A DNA stretch of 64,000 nt, from positions 12,772,001-12,836,000 of the forward strand of contig OZ176052.1 in assembly GCA_964247055.1 (NCBI GenBank), in the 5' to 3' direction. This document shows positions 22,581-35,500 of this stretch, piece after piece. The notes beneath the pieces are model-generated. The model had not been told where the DNA came from, ran no database searches, and saw only the letters and a program-made list of their open reading frames with translations. Both the position numbers and the translations under genes were made by a program. This stretch comes from Paragordius varius. Taxonomy: Eukaryota > Animalia > Nematomorpha. How positions within the stretch are numbered: position 1 is the stretch's first letter; each line of letters opens with the position of its first letter.

Positions 22581-23419
22581 ACAAAATATTTTTTTTGAAT
22601 TAGATTATGACCCGAGCAATGTAAAATTTTTATATGTTTGCTCCCTAGTTTTTGAATTGAGAGAGAATCGAAATCGGGCAAAAATAATTAAGGATAATTA
22701 AACTTAATAAAATAATGATAAAAGTTGAGATTATGGTTTACTCAGGTCAAAAGATAGCGTTTTTTTAACATACTTAAAAGGCAAAAAATTTCTATGAATA
22801 TATATACTTATTTTAAATTATTTACTTGCTAAACTCACTATTGAAATCTTAACATTCATACTCCGGTAAAAAACCTCTATATCAAACTAAAATGTGTTTT
22901 TTATTTTTTCATTTTTTTGTATTCTGGTTTATAACGGTATAAAAATTCTATTGTTTTATTTTAGAATTTTACATGAGTGGGTGAGAGTTATTTAATTTGA
23001 AAAGTATTTAAAAGTAGTAGAATATCAACCAAAAATCCGTACATATCTCTAAAAAATATTAATTAGTCTTAAAACAAACTTGTTACATGGATTTGTAAGG
23101 ATAGTTTGTTTATATTCCACAAATTTTAAATACTATTCTGCATAAATTATATACTTTATAAATCCCGCTCGTAAGATTCCAAAATAAAACAATTTTTTTT
23201 AGAGCATAAACCAGATGACAAAAAAATTAAAAAATTAAAACATAATTTTTAGTTTTACTTCGATATAGAATTTTTTTATTGATTAAATTATGAATGTTAA
23301 AAATTTTAATAGTAAGTTTGGCTAGTAAATAATTAAAAAAATTTTCAATGTTGTTTAATAAAAAGATTTTGACTTCTAGTGTTTTAAAAGATAAACGCCC
23401 TCTTTCGAACAATTTTATA

Positions 23420-25180
23420 ATTTAATTTAACTTCTTCTTTTAATTTTTTTTAGTTTTATTTTTATATTTTATTATTTATTTTATTATTTAATTTTTAATT
23501 TTTAAAATATTTTTTTATTCCCATAATATTAATTTTGTTATGATTTCATAATATTTATTTTTTTATTTATTTAATTTTTTAATTTATTATTTTTTACTTT
23601 TTTATATGTTTTTTAATTTTTTTTATTATTTTTAAATTTTTTAATATTTTATTTTATTATTTTATTTTACCATATATATTTTATTTTAATTTTTCTCCGT
23701 CCTAAATATATTATTTTTTATTATTATTAAAATTTTTAATTTAATTTTATATATTATTTTTTATTATTTAATTTTAGACTATTTTATATTTTTTTTTTTA
23801 TTTTATTTTTGTTTTTATTTAATTTTAACATAATTTTATATAATTATATAATTTTTTATATCTATTTTAAATTTAACTTTTAATATTTTTTTATTTTTTA
23901 TTTTTTTATTATTTTAAATTAATTTATAATTGAATTTTATCATAATACTTATAATTATGTTATTTTTTTATTTTTTATTTAATTTTTAATTTAAAAAATA
24001 TTTATTTTTATTATATTTTTTATTTATTTCATTTTGTTTTATTTTTTTAAATTTTATTTTATTTTTTATTTTAATTTTGTAATTTTATCAAAATTTCATA
24101 ATATATTATTTTTCTATTTATTAATTTATATTTATCATAATTTATTATAATTATAAACTAAAATAGTTTTATTTATATATTTAATTTTTATTTATATTTT
24201 TTATTTTAATTTTTATTTTTTATTATTAATTTTATTTTTTAATTATTTAATTGTATATTTAATTAATTATTATATATTTAATAATTTTTTTTTAATTTTT
24301 TTTTATTTTTTTTATTTTTTATATTTTTTTTTATTTTTTTTTATTAATTTTTAATTTTTAATTTTATTTTTAATATTTTTAATTTTAATTTTTATACTAT
24401 ATTTTATTTTTTAATTTATTTTTTTAATTTTATATATTTAACTTTTTATTTATTTTTATCTATACATTTATAAAATGGAAGATGCAGGCTTTGTGATCTG
24501 GTACCGGAAAACCGGTAGACCCATTCAAATCCAAACATCGAAAAAATATAAAATGAACGCCCCGACAATAGCTTCGCCCGTTTTTTGAAATAAGCCCCCA
24601 GTTCGGGCCCACCCCGTGTAAAAAACGCGTTTTTTTGAAAACACAAGTCCCCAAAAATTCTGTCTTTGACACAATTTTCCGTAGAACGTGTTGGTCCATT
24701 AAATTTCAAATATGATTTTTGTTTATTATTTTCGATTGCGCCGAACATAGTCGTCTCGCTTTTTTGATTTAGTCCCTCTTTTTACCCGCTCCCCCCGTAA
24801 TGCCGTTTTTAAAAAACGTCGACAAAAATAATTTTTTAAATCTATTTTTCCCCCAATTAAACAATATATTAGTATGAATGCTCCGTTTTAAAATTCCTCT
24901 AAAATCATATCTATTAAATAGTGTTTCGAAATAATCCACATATGTGGATTTTATTGTCCCGTTTTTCCAATAGCCCTCCCCCAGGAGTCCGAAGGACTTC
25001 CTCGGGCTGCGTAGACGAGATTTACGCTAGTATATTATATTTTATTTTATTTTTATAATTTCATCATAATTATTGATTATATTGTTTTATTATTTTTTAA
25101 TTATTTTTTAATATTTTATTATCAATATTTCTTTATTTTATTTTTTATAATTTTTAATAAAATTTTAATTTTTTATTTAT
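23420..25180. repeat. Degenerate T-rich tract 1, interrupted by a Helitron at 24459-25030
   Basis: T-dominated on the + strand with irregular TnA runs; the flanks of the Helitron rejoin as A^T. Confidence 0.85.
24459..25030 (+). mobile_element. Non-autonomous Helitron, 572 bp
   Basis: 5' A|TCTATACATTTATAAAATG; 3' GC-rich hairpin CCCCAGGAGTCC-GAA-GGACTTCCTCGGG (about 24979-25006) then CTAG|T; inserted between A and T without a TSD (canonical Helitron signature). Confidence 0.8.
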
Positions 25181-25182
25181 AT

Positions 25183-25215
25183 CAGGGCTTCTTAAACTTT
25201 TGTATAACGACCCCA
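25183..25215 (+). mobile_element. hAT Charlie-like left end (CAGGGCTTCTTAAACTTTT...CGACCCC)
   Basis: Resembles Charlie-type termini; the right end was not found. Confidence 0.4.
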
Positions 25216-25380
25216 ACAAATATAAAAGAAAAATAATAGTTTCTTCGAAAAAACACTTAGAAGTTTTGTTCATAATATTTATATGGATTATTTCGGTTTT
25301 GAGAGATTGACAAAAATAAATCTACATTTTTTATAAATTTTTATAACTTTTTCTGATTAATAGTAAATTTATACAAGATA

Positions 25381-26430
25381 CTAGCTGGCCCTGTCATCTT
25401 CGGTATGGCGTAGTCTCATCGATAATTCTTCTTAATAATTTGCAATAAATAGAGTTAATGGAGATAAAAAATAAACATATTTAATAAACGAAATGTCTTT
25501 AATTATTCTTTTAAAAGTTCATAGGCTTATTGTTTACTCGAAATTAAATCTGTCCCTTATTAAAGTTAATATTCAACTATTCATGGATTTATTTTAAAAT
25601 TTTTGTTTTACGAAATCATGGTTAGAGTTCTAATTTGAATTTGTGTTCAAGCTGGGATCAAGGGCTATAAAAAGTAAATCATTTGTGGCCCCTTTTTAAA
25701 GGAGAGAATGATATAAATTCCCCAGAAACGTGTTTAACTAACTCGTATAGCTTCTTAAGTTTTTTGAAAAATAGCTACAAAGCTACGCCTATTTTGTATG
25801 GCGTCTCAGTTTTAAACCGGTAGACCCGACCCATAGATCAATATGGAAAAAGCGCTGAATTAAATTCTTCGCCTTTATAGGGCAAATATTTGGAATGATC
25901 TCCGTTCATGGGTTTTTTGAAAAAATACCTCAACACTAAATCCCGACCTCAATTTTTCCTAGTTAGGGATAATATTTCAAGTTAATGAACTCATATGGCT
26001 TCATAAATTTTTTGTAAATTAGCCCTAAAAATTTCTATGTGGCGCAGTTTTAATGATCTGTTTACCCAGATGCCAATATTAAAAACGCAAGATTAAATTT
26101 TTGACTTTTAACAGAGAATTACTTAAATCCTCAATGAATTTTAAAGGTGTCATACCCTGGGCAAAAATTTATTTAATATTTATTGAAAAAATAGCATTTT
26201 ACGGGGGAAGAGGGTAAATAGAGAGCTTATATTAAAAAAGTAAGCCTACTGGTTCGGCGCAACCGAAAAATGTAAAAATAATCATGAAATCGAAAGGTAC
26301 AACACGTTTTCTGGAAAATTGTCTCAAAGACACGATTTTTCTGGACTTCCTTCGAAAAAAACTCTTTTTACATGGGATGGCCCCGAACTGGAAGCCTCAA
26401 AAAAGGGCGATTGTAGGGGCATTTATTAAT
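25381..26430 (-). mobile_element. Minus-strand Helitron relic(s), 5' end missing
   Basis: Minus-strand 3' end ...CGCCATACCGAAGATGACAGGGCCAG-CTAG|T at 25381; a second degenerate hairpin/end near 25772-25810; 26190-26430 is a diverged reverse complement of 24555-24830. Confidence 0.6.
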
Positions 26431-26439
26431 GATTATATT

Positions 26440-28442
26440 TTTTAAATTTAAATTTTATTATTTTTTTTAATTATTTAATGTTTTAATTTGCTATTTAATT
26501 TTTTTAAAAGATTTATTTTTTATTTTTTTATATATTTATTAAATTTTATATTTTAAATTTTGATTTTATTTTTTGATTTAATTATTTTTTATATTTTTTA
26601 TATTTTTTTATTTTTTTTTTTAATTTGTTTTATATTTTTTATTATTTTTATTTTTTTTATTTTTATTATTTTTTTATTAATTTATTATTTGATTTTATAT
26701 TTTTAATAATCATTTTTTTATTTTATATTTTTAATTTTTTAATTGTATTTTATTATTTATTTTTCATTAATAAATATTTTATTTATTATTATATATTTGA
26801 ATATTTTTACTATATTTATAATTTTATACTTATATTTTTTTTAATTTCAATATCTTAATTTTAATTTTTTTTCTTATATTTTTTTTATTAATATATTATT
26901 TTTTTAATTAGTTGGTTTTTATTTTTGTATTTTAATTTTTTAATTTATTTTTTTCGATTTTATCATTTCCTATAAATATAATATTTTTTATATTTATTCA
27001 ATTTTTAATCTTTTTTTATTTAGTTTATTATTTTATTTTTATTTATTTGTATATTTAATTAATACCTTTATATTTATTTTATTTAAATAATATATATTTT
27101 AATTCTTTTATTTTTAATTTTTTTATAATTTTTTAATTTTTTAGCATCTTTTATTTTTTTAATTATGTTTTTTATTAAATTTTATATTAAATTTTATATT
27201 TTAATTTTTATTTGTTTTTTTATTTTTATTAATTATTTAATTTTAGTTATTATTTAATTTTTATTTTTTGTATATTTTTTTATATTAATAGTTAATTTTA
27301 ATTATTCCAATATTTTTTTATTTATTTAATTTTAATTTATAATTTTTTAATTTAATTTTATGTTTTTATTTATTTTTAATTTTTTATATTTTTTTTTATT
27401 TTTATATTTTTTACTTTTTTTATATTATTTATTTTTTAATTTTTAATTTATTTATATTTAATTTTTTATATTAATTAGTTTTATATTATTATTTATTTTT
27501 AATATATTATTTAATTTTTTATATTTTTTTTATTAATTTATTTTATATATTTTTATTAATTTTTTTTTATATTTTATTTTTTTTAATTTAAACTTTTTTA
27601 TTTTTATTTTAAATATTTATTTAATTTTTTATATTTAATATTTTATTAATTATTTAAATTTTATAATTTTATCAATATAATTATATTATTTTTTATTTAT
27701 TATTAATTATTTAATTTTTAAATTTTTTATGACTTTTTAAATTTTTTTTATTTTATTTTTATAAATTTATTATTTTTCATTTTATTTAATATTTTTATTT
27801 ATTTTAATATTTTTTATATTTAATTTAAATTTTTTTTAAATTTTTTAATTTTATATATTTTTATTTTTCAAAAAATTATTTTTGAATTTATTATTTAATT
27901 TTTAATAATTTATTTTAATTTATTTAATTTTTTACTTTTTATTTTTTTATTATATTTTTGATTTTTATTTATTTTTATTATTTATTATTAATTTTATATT
28001 TATATTTTGTTTTTATATTTTCTTTTAATTTTTTATTTATTTTTTAATTTAATATTTTTGTTATATTTTTTTATTAATATTTTAAATTTTTTAATTTTAT
28101 TATTTAATTTTTTTAGTTTATAATTAAATTTTAGTATATTATGTTTTTTATTTAAATTTTTTAATTTTTATATATATTTTGAATTTGTTTTTTTGATTTT
28201 ATCGAAATTTCTTATAAATATATTTATTTTTTAATATTTTTGTATATACTTTTATTTATTTTTATATTTTATTATTTTTATTTATTTTTTTATTTTATTT
28301 TAATTTATTAAATTTTATTTTTTTATATTTTTTATCATTTTTTTTCATAATTTTTTATTAGTTTTATATTAATATTTTTCCTTTTAAATTTTTTTTTGAT
28401 TTTTTTTATATTTTTGATTTAATTTTTTTTATTTTTTAATAT
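26440..28442. repeat. Degenerate T-rich tract 2 (~2 kb)
   Basis: Same strand polarity as the satellite; ends precisely at the TIR at 28443. Confidence 0.9.
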
Positions 28443-29562
28443 CACTAGACAACAAATTTTTCTGCCACTCGAGTTTTTTGCATTTTTTGATATTTAATAT
28501 TATTTTAACAGTAAATCTGAAATAAAATTATAACTCGTTGGAAGAATTTTGTATTATTTGATTTTTTTTGATTATGCGCCCTCTTTATCAAAATTTTACT
28601 AAAAAATGTTTTTCTTTGAAAATATACAAGTAATGCCCATTTGTAATATATCATTCGAAAAAGTATTAAAAACTCTATAAACTGTATACCAATATGTATT
28701 ACATCGACAGTTAATATTGGACACAAAGAGCGACAAACGCGCGAAGCGAGAGCATTTTTTTAAATTAGTATATTTTTAAAACTAATAGATGAAAATAGCT
28801 CAAACTTTGTTTAGATGGAGATAAATGTCCAAAAAAAATAACACAAGATAGTTTTTTTGATTTAAACATTTTTTATTGCTTTTATGTCACTCAAAACAGC
28901 CATTTTTAAGTTTTTTGTTTTTTTAAAAATTACCATCTCATCAATATTAATTTATTTTCTTTACAAGGCTGATAATTTCGAAAATTCAAAGATAAAAACA
29001 AAGTTTAAGGTATTTTTAATCTTTTATAGCCATTATGGAATAAATTTACAGTTATAACTATGCATTTTAGTATCCACTAGGTAAAATATTTATGATAATA
29101 ATAATTTTTATTAAAAAAGCAAGCCAAAAGCTTTTTCAAATTTTTTAATTAAATACTAATATAACCCTAATAATTATATTAAAATAATTTATATGATTTT
29201 CAAATTGGTTTGTCTGTGAAAATTCTTGACTTATTTAAGGATTGAAAATTTCGAACATTTAAATCCAAATATCTTTTACATCCGATTGATTTAAATGACT
29301 TACTACCATTTAAAAGATGCAGTTTTTTGCGCTCTTTCGAATGATATAAAATACCTGGCTTCATATCTAAAACTTTTAATTTTCGAAATTTCAAGTTTAA
29401 TGTTAAATCAGGGCCAAAAATTATCGATAAACTCTAATATAAAAAGATTCTTCCATGCTAGACCAATTTTCTTTTCAGATATAATAATTATGTACTTAAA
29501 TGAAACAAATTTTAAATTTACAAGAATGGCAGTTAAAAAAAGTTAAAATTTGTTGTCTAGTG
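28443..29562 (-). mobile_element. 1120-bp non-autonomous CAC-terminated TIR element (CMC: CACTA/Chapaev-like)
   Basis: Perfect 18-bp TIRs CACTAGACAACAAATTTT (28443-28460) and AAAATTTGTTGTCTAGTG (29545-29562); followed by TTA; homologous to 20642-21648; no transposase ORF. Confidence 0.85.
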
Positions 29563-32500
29563 TTATATTTTATTTTATTTTATTTTATTTAATTTATTTT
29601 ATTTTTAATTATTTTATTTTATTTTATTTTATTTTATTTTATTTTATTTTATTTTATTTTATTTTATTCTATATAAATATAGTTATATTTTATTTTATTT
29701 AATTTTATTTTATTTTATTTTATTTTATTTTAATTTATTTTATTTTATTTTATTTTATTTTATTTTTATTTTATTTTATTTTATTTTATTTTATTTTATT
29801 TTATTTTATTTTATTTTATTTTATTTTATTTTATTCTATATAAATATAGTTATATTTTATTTTATTTAATTTTATTTTATTTTATTTTATTTTAATTTAT
29901 TTTATTTTATTTTATTTTATTTTATTTTATTTTATTTTATTTTATTTTATTTTATTTTATTTTTATTTTATTTTATTTTATTTTATTTTATTTTATTTTA
30001 TTTTATTTTATTTTATTTTATTCTATATAAATATAGTTATATTTTAGTTAATTTTATTTTATTTTATTTTATTTTATTTTAATTTATTATTATTTTATTT
30101 TATTTTATTTTATTTTTTATTTTATTTTATTTTATTTTATTTTATATTATTTTATTTTAATTTATTTTAATTTTATTTTATTTTATTTTATTTTATTTTA
30201 TTTTATTTTATTTTATTTTATTTTATTTTATTTTATTTTATTTTATTTTATTTTATTTTATTTTATTTTATTTTTTATTTTATTTTATTTTATTTTAATT
30301 TATTTTTATTTTATTTTATTTTATTTTATTTTATTCTATTTTATTTTATTTTATTTTATTTTATTTTATTTTATTTTATTTTATTTTATTTTTATTTTAT
30401 TTAATTTTATTTTATTTTATTTTATTTTATTTTATTTTAATTTATTTTATTTTTAATTATTTTATTTTATTTTATTTTATTCTATATAAATATAGTTATA
30501 TTTTATTTTATTTAATTTTATTTTATTTTATTTTATTTTAATTTATTTTATTTTATTTTTATTTTATTTTATTTTATTTTATTTTTTTTTATTTTATTTT
30601 ATTTTAATTTATTTTATTTTATTTTTATTTTATTTTAATTTATTTTATTTTATTTTATTTTATTTTATTTTATTTTATTTTATTTTATTTTATTTTATTT
30701 TATTTTATTTTATTTTATTTTATTTTATTTTATTTTATTTTTTATTTTATTTTATTTTATTTTATTTTTATTTATTTTTATTTTATTTTATTTTATTTTA
30801 TTTTATTTTATTTTATTTTATTTTATTTTATTTTATTTTATTTTATTTTATTTTTATTTTATTTAATTTTATTTTATTTTAATTTATTTTATTTTATTTT
30901 ATTTTATTTTATTTTAATTTATTTTATTTTTAATTATTTTATTTTATTTTATTTTATTCTATATAAATATAGTTATATTTTATTTTATTTAATTTTATTT
31001 TATTTTATTTTATTTTCATTTATTTTATTTTATTTTTATTTTATTTTATTTTATTTTATTTTTTTTTATTTTATTTTATTTTAATTTATTTTATTTTATT
31101 TTTATTTTATTTTAATTTATTTTTTTATTTTATTTTATTTTATTTTATTTTATTTTATTTTATTTTATTTTATTTTATTTTATTTTATTTTATTTTATTT
31201 TATTTTATTTTATTTTATTTTATTTTATTTTATTTTATTTTATTTTATTTTATTTTATTTTATTTATTTTATTTTATTTTATTTTATTTTAATTTGATTT
31301 ATTTTTATTTTATTTTATTTTAATTTATTTTATTTTAATTTATTTTATTTTTATTTTATTTTATTTTATTCTATATAAAAATAGTTATATTTTATTTTAT
31401 TTTATTTTAATTTATTTTTATTTTATTTTATTTTATTTTATTTTATTTTATTTTATTTTATTTTTATTTAATTTAATTTAATTTAATTTAATTTAATTTT
31501 ATTTTATTTTATTTTATTTTATTTTATTTTATTTTATTTTATTTTATTTATTTTATTTTATTTTATTTTATTTTATTTTATTTTATTTTATTTTATTTTA
31601 TTTTATTTTATTTTATTTTATTTTATTCTATATAAAAATAGTTATATTTTATTTTATTTTATTTTATTTTATTTAATTTTATTTAATTTTATTTTATTTT
31701 ATTCTATATAAAAATAGTTTTATTTTATTTTAATTTATTTTATTTTAATTTATTTTATTTTTAATTTATTTTATTTTATTTTATTTTATTCTATATAAAT
31801 ATAGTTATATTTTATTTTATTTAATTTTATTTTATTTTATTTTATTTTAATTTATTTTTATTTTATTTTATTTTATTTTATTTTATTTTATTTTATTTTA
31901 TTTTAATTTATTTTTATTTTATTTAATTTTATTTTATTTTATTTTATTTTATTTTAATTTATTTTTATTTTATTTTATTTTATTTTATTTTATTTTATTT
32001 AATTTTATTTTATGTTATGTTATTTTATTTTATTTTATTTTATTTTATTTTATATAAAAATAGTTATATTTTATTTTATTTAATTTTATTTCATTTTATT
32101 TTATTTTATTTTAATTTATTTTTATTTTATTTTATTTTATTTTATTTTATTTTATTTTATTTTATTTTATTTTATTTTATTTTATTTTATTTTATTTTAT
32201 TTTATTTTATTTTATTTTATTTTATTTTATTTTATTTTATTTTATTTTATTTTATTTTATTTTATTTTATTTTATTTTATTTTATTTAATTTTATTTTAT
32301 TTTATTTTATTTTATTTTATATAAAAATAGTTATATTTTATATTATTTAATTTTCTTTAATTTTATTTTATTTTATTTTAATTTATTTTTATTTTTTTTT
32401 ATTTTATTTTATTTTATTTTAATTTAATTTATTTTTATTTTATTTTATTTTATTTTATTTTATTTTATTTTATTTTATTTTATTTTAATTTATTTTATTT

Positions 32501-35500
32501 TATTTTATTTTATTTTATTTTATTTTATTTTTATTTTATTTTATTTTATTTTATTTTATTTTATTTTATTTTATTTTATTCTATATAAAAATAGTTTTAT
32601 TTTATTTTATTTTATTTTAATTTATTTTATTTTTAATTTATTTTATTTTATTTTATTTTATTCTATATAAATATAGTTATATTTTATTTAATTTTATTTA
32701 ATTTTATTTAATTTTATTTTATTTTATTTTACTTTAATTTATTTTTATTTTATTTTATTTTATTTTATTTTATTTTATTTTATTCTATATAAATATAGTT
32801 ATATTTTATTTAATTTATTTTATTTTATTTTATTTTATTTTAATTTATTTTTATTTTATTTTATTTTATTTTTTTTTATTTTATTTTATTTTAATTTATA
32901 TTTTATTTTATTTTATTTTATTTTATTTTATTGTATTCTATATAAATATAGTTATATTTTATTTAATTTTATTTTATTTTATTTTATTTTATTTTAATTT
33001 ATTTTTATTTTATTTTATTTTATTTAATTTATTTTATTTTATTTTATTTTATTTATTTTTATTTTATTTTATTTTTTTTTATTTTATTTTATTTTAATTT
33101 ATTTTATTTTATTTTATTTTATTTTATTTTTATTATTTTATTTTATTATATTTTATTTTATTTTATTTTATTTTATTTTATTTAATTTTATTTTATTTTA
33201 TTTTTATTTGATTTAATTTTATTTTATTTTTTTTTATTTTATTTTATTTTAATTTATTTTATTTTATTTTATTTTATTTTATTTTATTTTATTTTTATTT
33301 TATTTAATTATATTTTATTTTATTTTATTTTATTTTATTTTATTTTATTTTATTTTATTTTATATAAAAATAGTTATATTTTATTTAATTTTATTTCATT
33401 TTATTTTATTTTATTTTATTTTATTTTACTTTAATTTATTTTTATTTTATTTTATTTTATTTTATTTTATTTTATTTTATTTTATTTTATTTTATTTTAT
33501 TTTATTTTATTCTATATAAATATAGTTATATTTTATTTAATTTTATTTTATTTTATTTTATTTTAAATTATTTTTATTTTATTTTATTTTATTTTATTTT
33601 AATTTATTTTAATTTATTTTTATTTTATTTTATTTTATTTTATTTTATTTTAATTTATTTTATTTTATTTTATTTTATTTTATTTTATTTTATTTTATTT
33701 TATTTTATTTTATTTTATTTTATTTTATTTTATTTTATTTTATTTTATTTTATTTTATTTTTATTTTATTTAATTTTATTTTATTTTATTTTAAATTATT
33801 TTTATTTTATTTTATTTTATTTTATTTTAATTTATTTTAATTTATTTTTATTTTATTTTATTTTATTTTATTTTATTTTATTTTATTTTATATAAAAATA
33901 GTTATATTTTATTTGATTTTATTTCATTTTATTTTATTTTATTTTATTTTATTTTACTTTAATTTATTTTTATTTTATTTTATTTTATTTTATTTTATTC
34001 TATATAAATATAGTTATATTTTATTTAATTTTATTTTATTTTATTTTATTTTAAATTATTTTTATTTTATTTTATTTTATTTTATTTTATTTTATTTTAA
34101 TTTATTTTATTTTATTTTATTTTATTTTATTTTATTTTATTTTATTTTATTTTATTTTTATTTTATTTAATTTTATTTTATTTTATTTTATTTTATTTTA
34201 TTTTAATTTATTTTATTTTATTTTATTTTAATTTAATTTATTTTTATTATATTTTATTTTTATTTTATTTTATGTTATTTTATTTTATTTTATTTTATAT
34301 AAAAATAGTTATATTTTATTTTATTTAATTTTATTTCATTTTATTTTATTTTATTTTATTTTATTTTATTTTAATTTATTTTTATTTTATTTTATTTTAT
34401 TTTATTTTATTCTATATAAATATAGTTATATTTTATTTAATTTTATTTTATTTTATTTTATTTTTTATTTTATTTTAATTTATTTTTATTTTATTTTATT
34501 TTATTTTATTTTAATTTATTTTTATTTTATTTTATTTTATTTTATATTATTTTATTTTATTTTATTTTATTTTATTTTATTTTATTTTAATTTATTTTAT
34601 TTTATTTTATTTTAATTTATTTTATTTTTATTTTATTTAATTTTATTTTATTTTATTTTATTTTATTTTATTTTATTTTATTTTAATTTATTTTATTTTT
34701 AATTATTTTATTTTATTTTATTTTATTTAATTCTATATAAATATAGTTATATTTTATTTTATTTAATTTTATTTTATTTTATTTTATTTTAATTTATTTT
34801 ATTTTTATTTTATTTTATTTTATTTTATTTTAATTTTTTATTTTATATTATTTTATTTTATTTTATTTTATTTTATTTTATTTTATTTTATTTTATTATT
34901 TTTTAATTTATTTTTATTTTATTTTATTTTTATTTTATTTAATTTTATTTTATTTTATTTTATTTTATTTTATTTTATTTTATTTTATTTTATTTTATTT
35001 TATTTTATTTTATTTTATTTTATTTTATTTTATTTTATTTTATTTTAATTTATTTTATTTTTATTTTATTTAATTTTATTTTATTTTATTTTATTTTATT
35101 TTATTTTATTTTATTTTAATTTATTTTATTTTTAATTATTTTATTTTATTTTATTTTATTTAATTCTATATAAATATAGTTATATTTTATTTTATTTAAT
35201 TTTATTTTATTTTATTTTATTTTAATTTATTTTATTTTTATTTTATTTTATTTTATTTTATTTTATTTTATTTTAATTTATTTTTATTTTATTTTATTTT
35301 ATTTTATTTTATTTTAATTTATTTTTATTTTATTTTATTTTATTTTATTTTATTTTATTTTAATTTATTTTATTTTATTTTATTTTATTTTATTTTATTT
35401 TATTTTATTTTATTTTATTTTATTTTATTTTATTTTATTTTATTTTATTTTATTATTTTTTAATTTATTTTTATTTTATTTTATTTTTATTTTATTTAAT

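Noticed and set aside
24446-24748. ORFs 24446-24748 and 24460-24699 as Helitron genes
   Set aside because: No Rep (HUH) or helicase motifs; chance ORFs in a GC-richer non-autonomous element
26625-29546. ORFs at 26625, 28505, 29200 and 29295
   Set aside because: They lie in T-rich low-complexity DNA or inside the non-autonomous TIR element, with no transposase motifs
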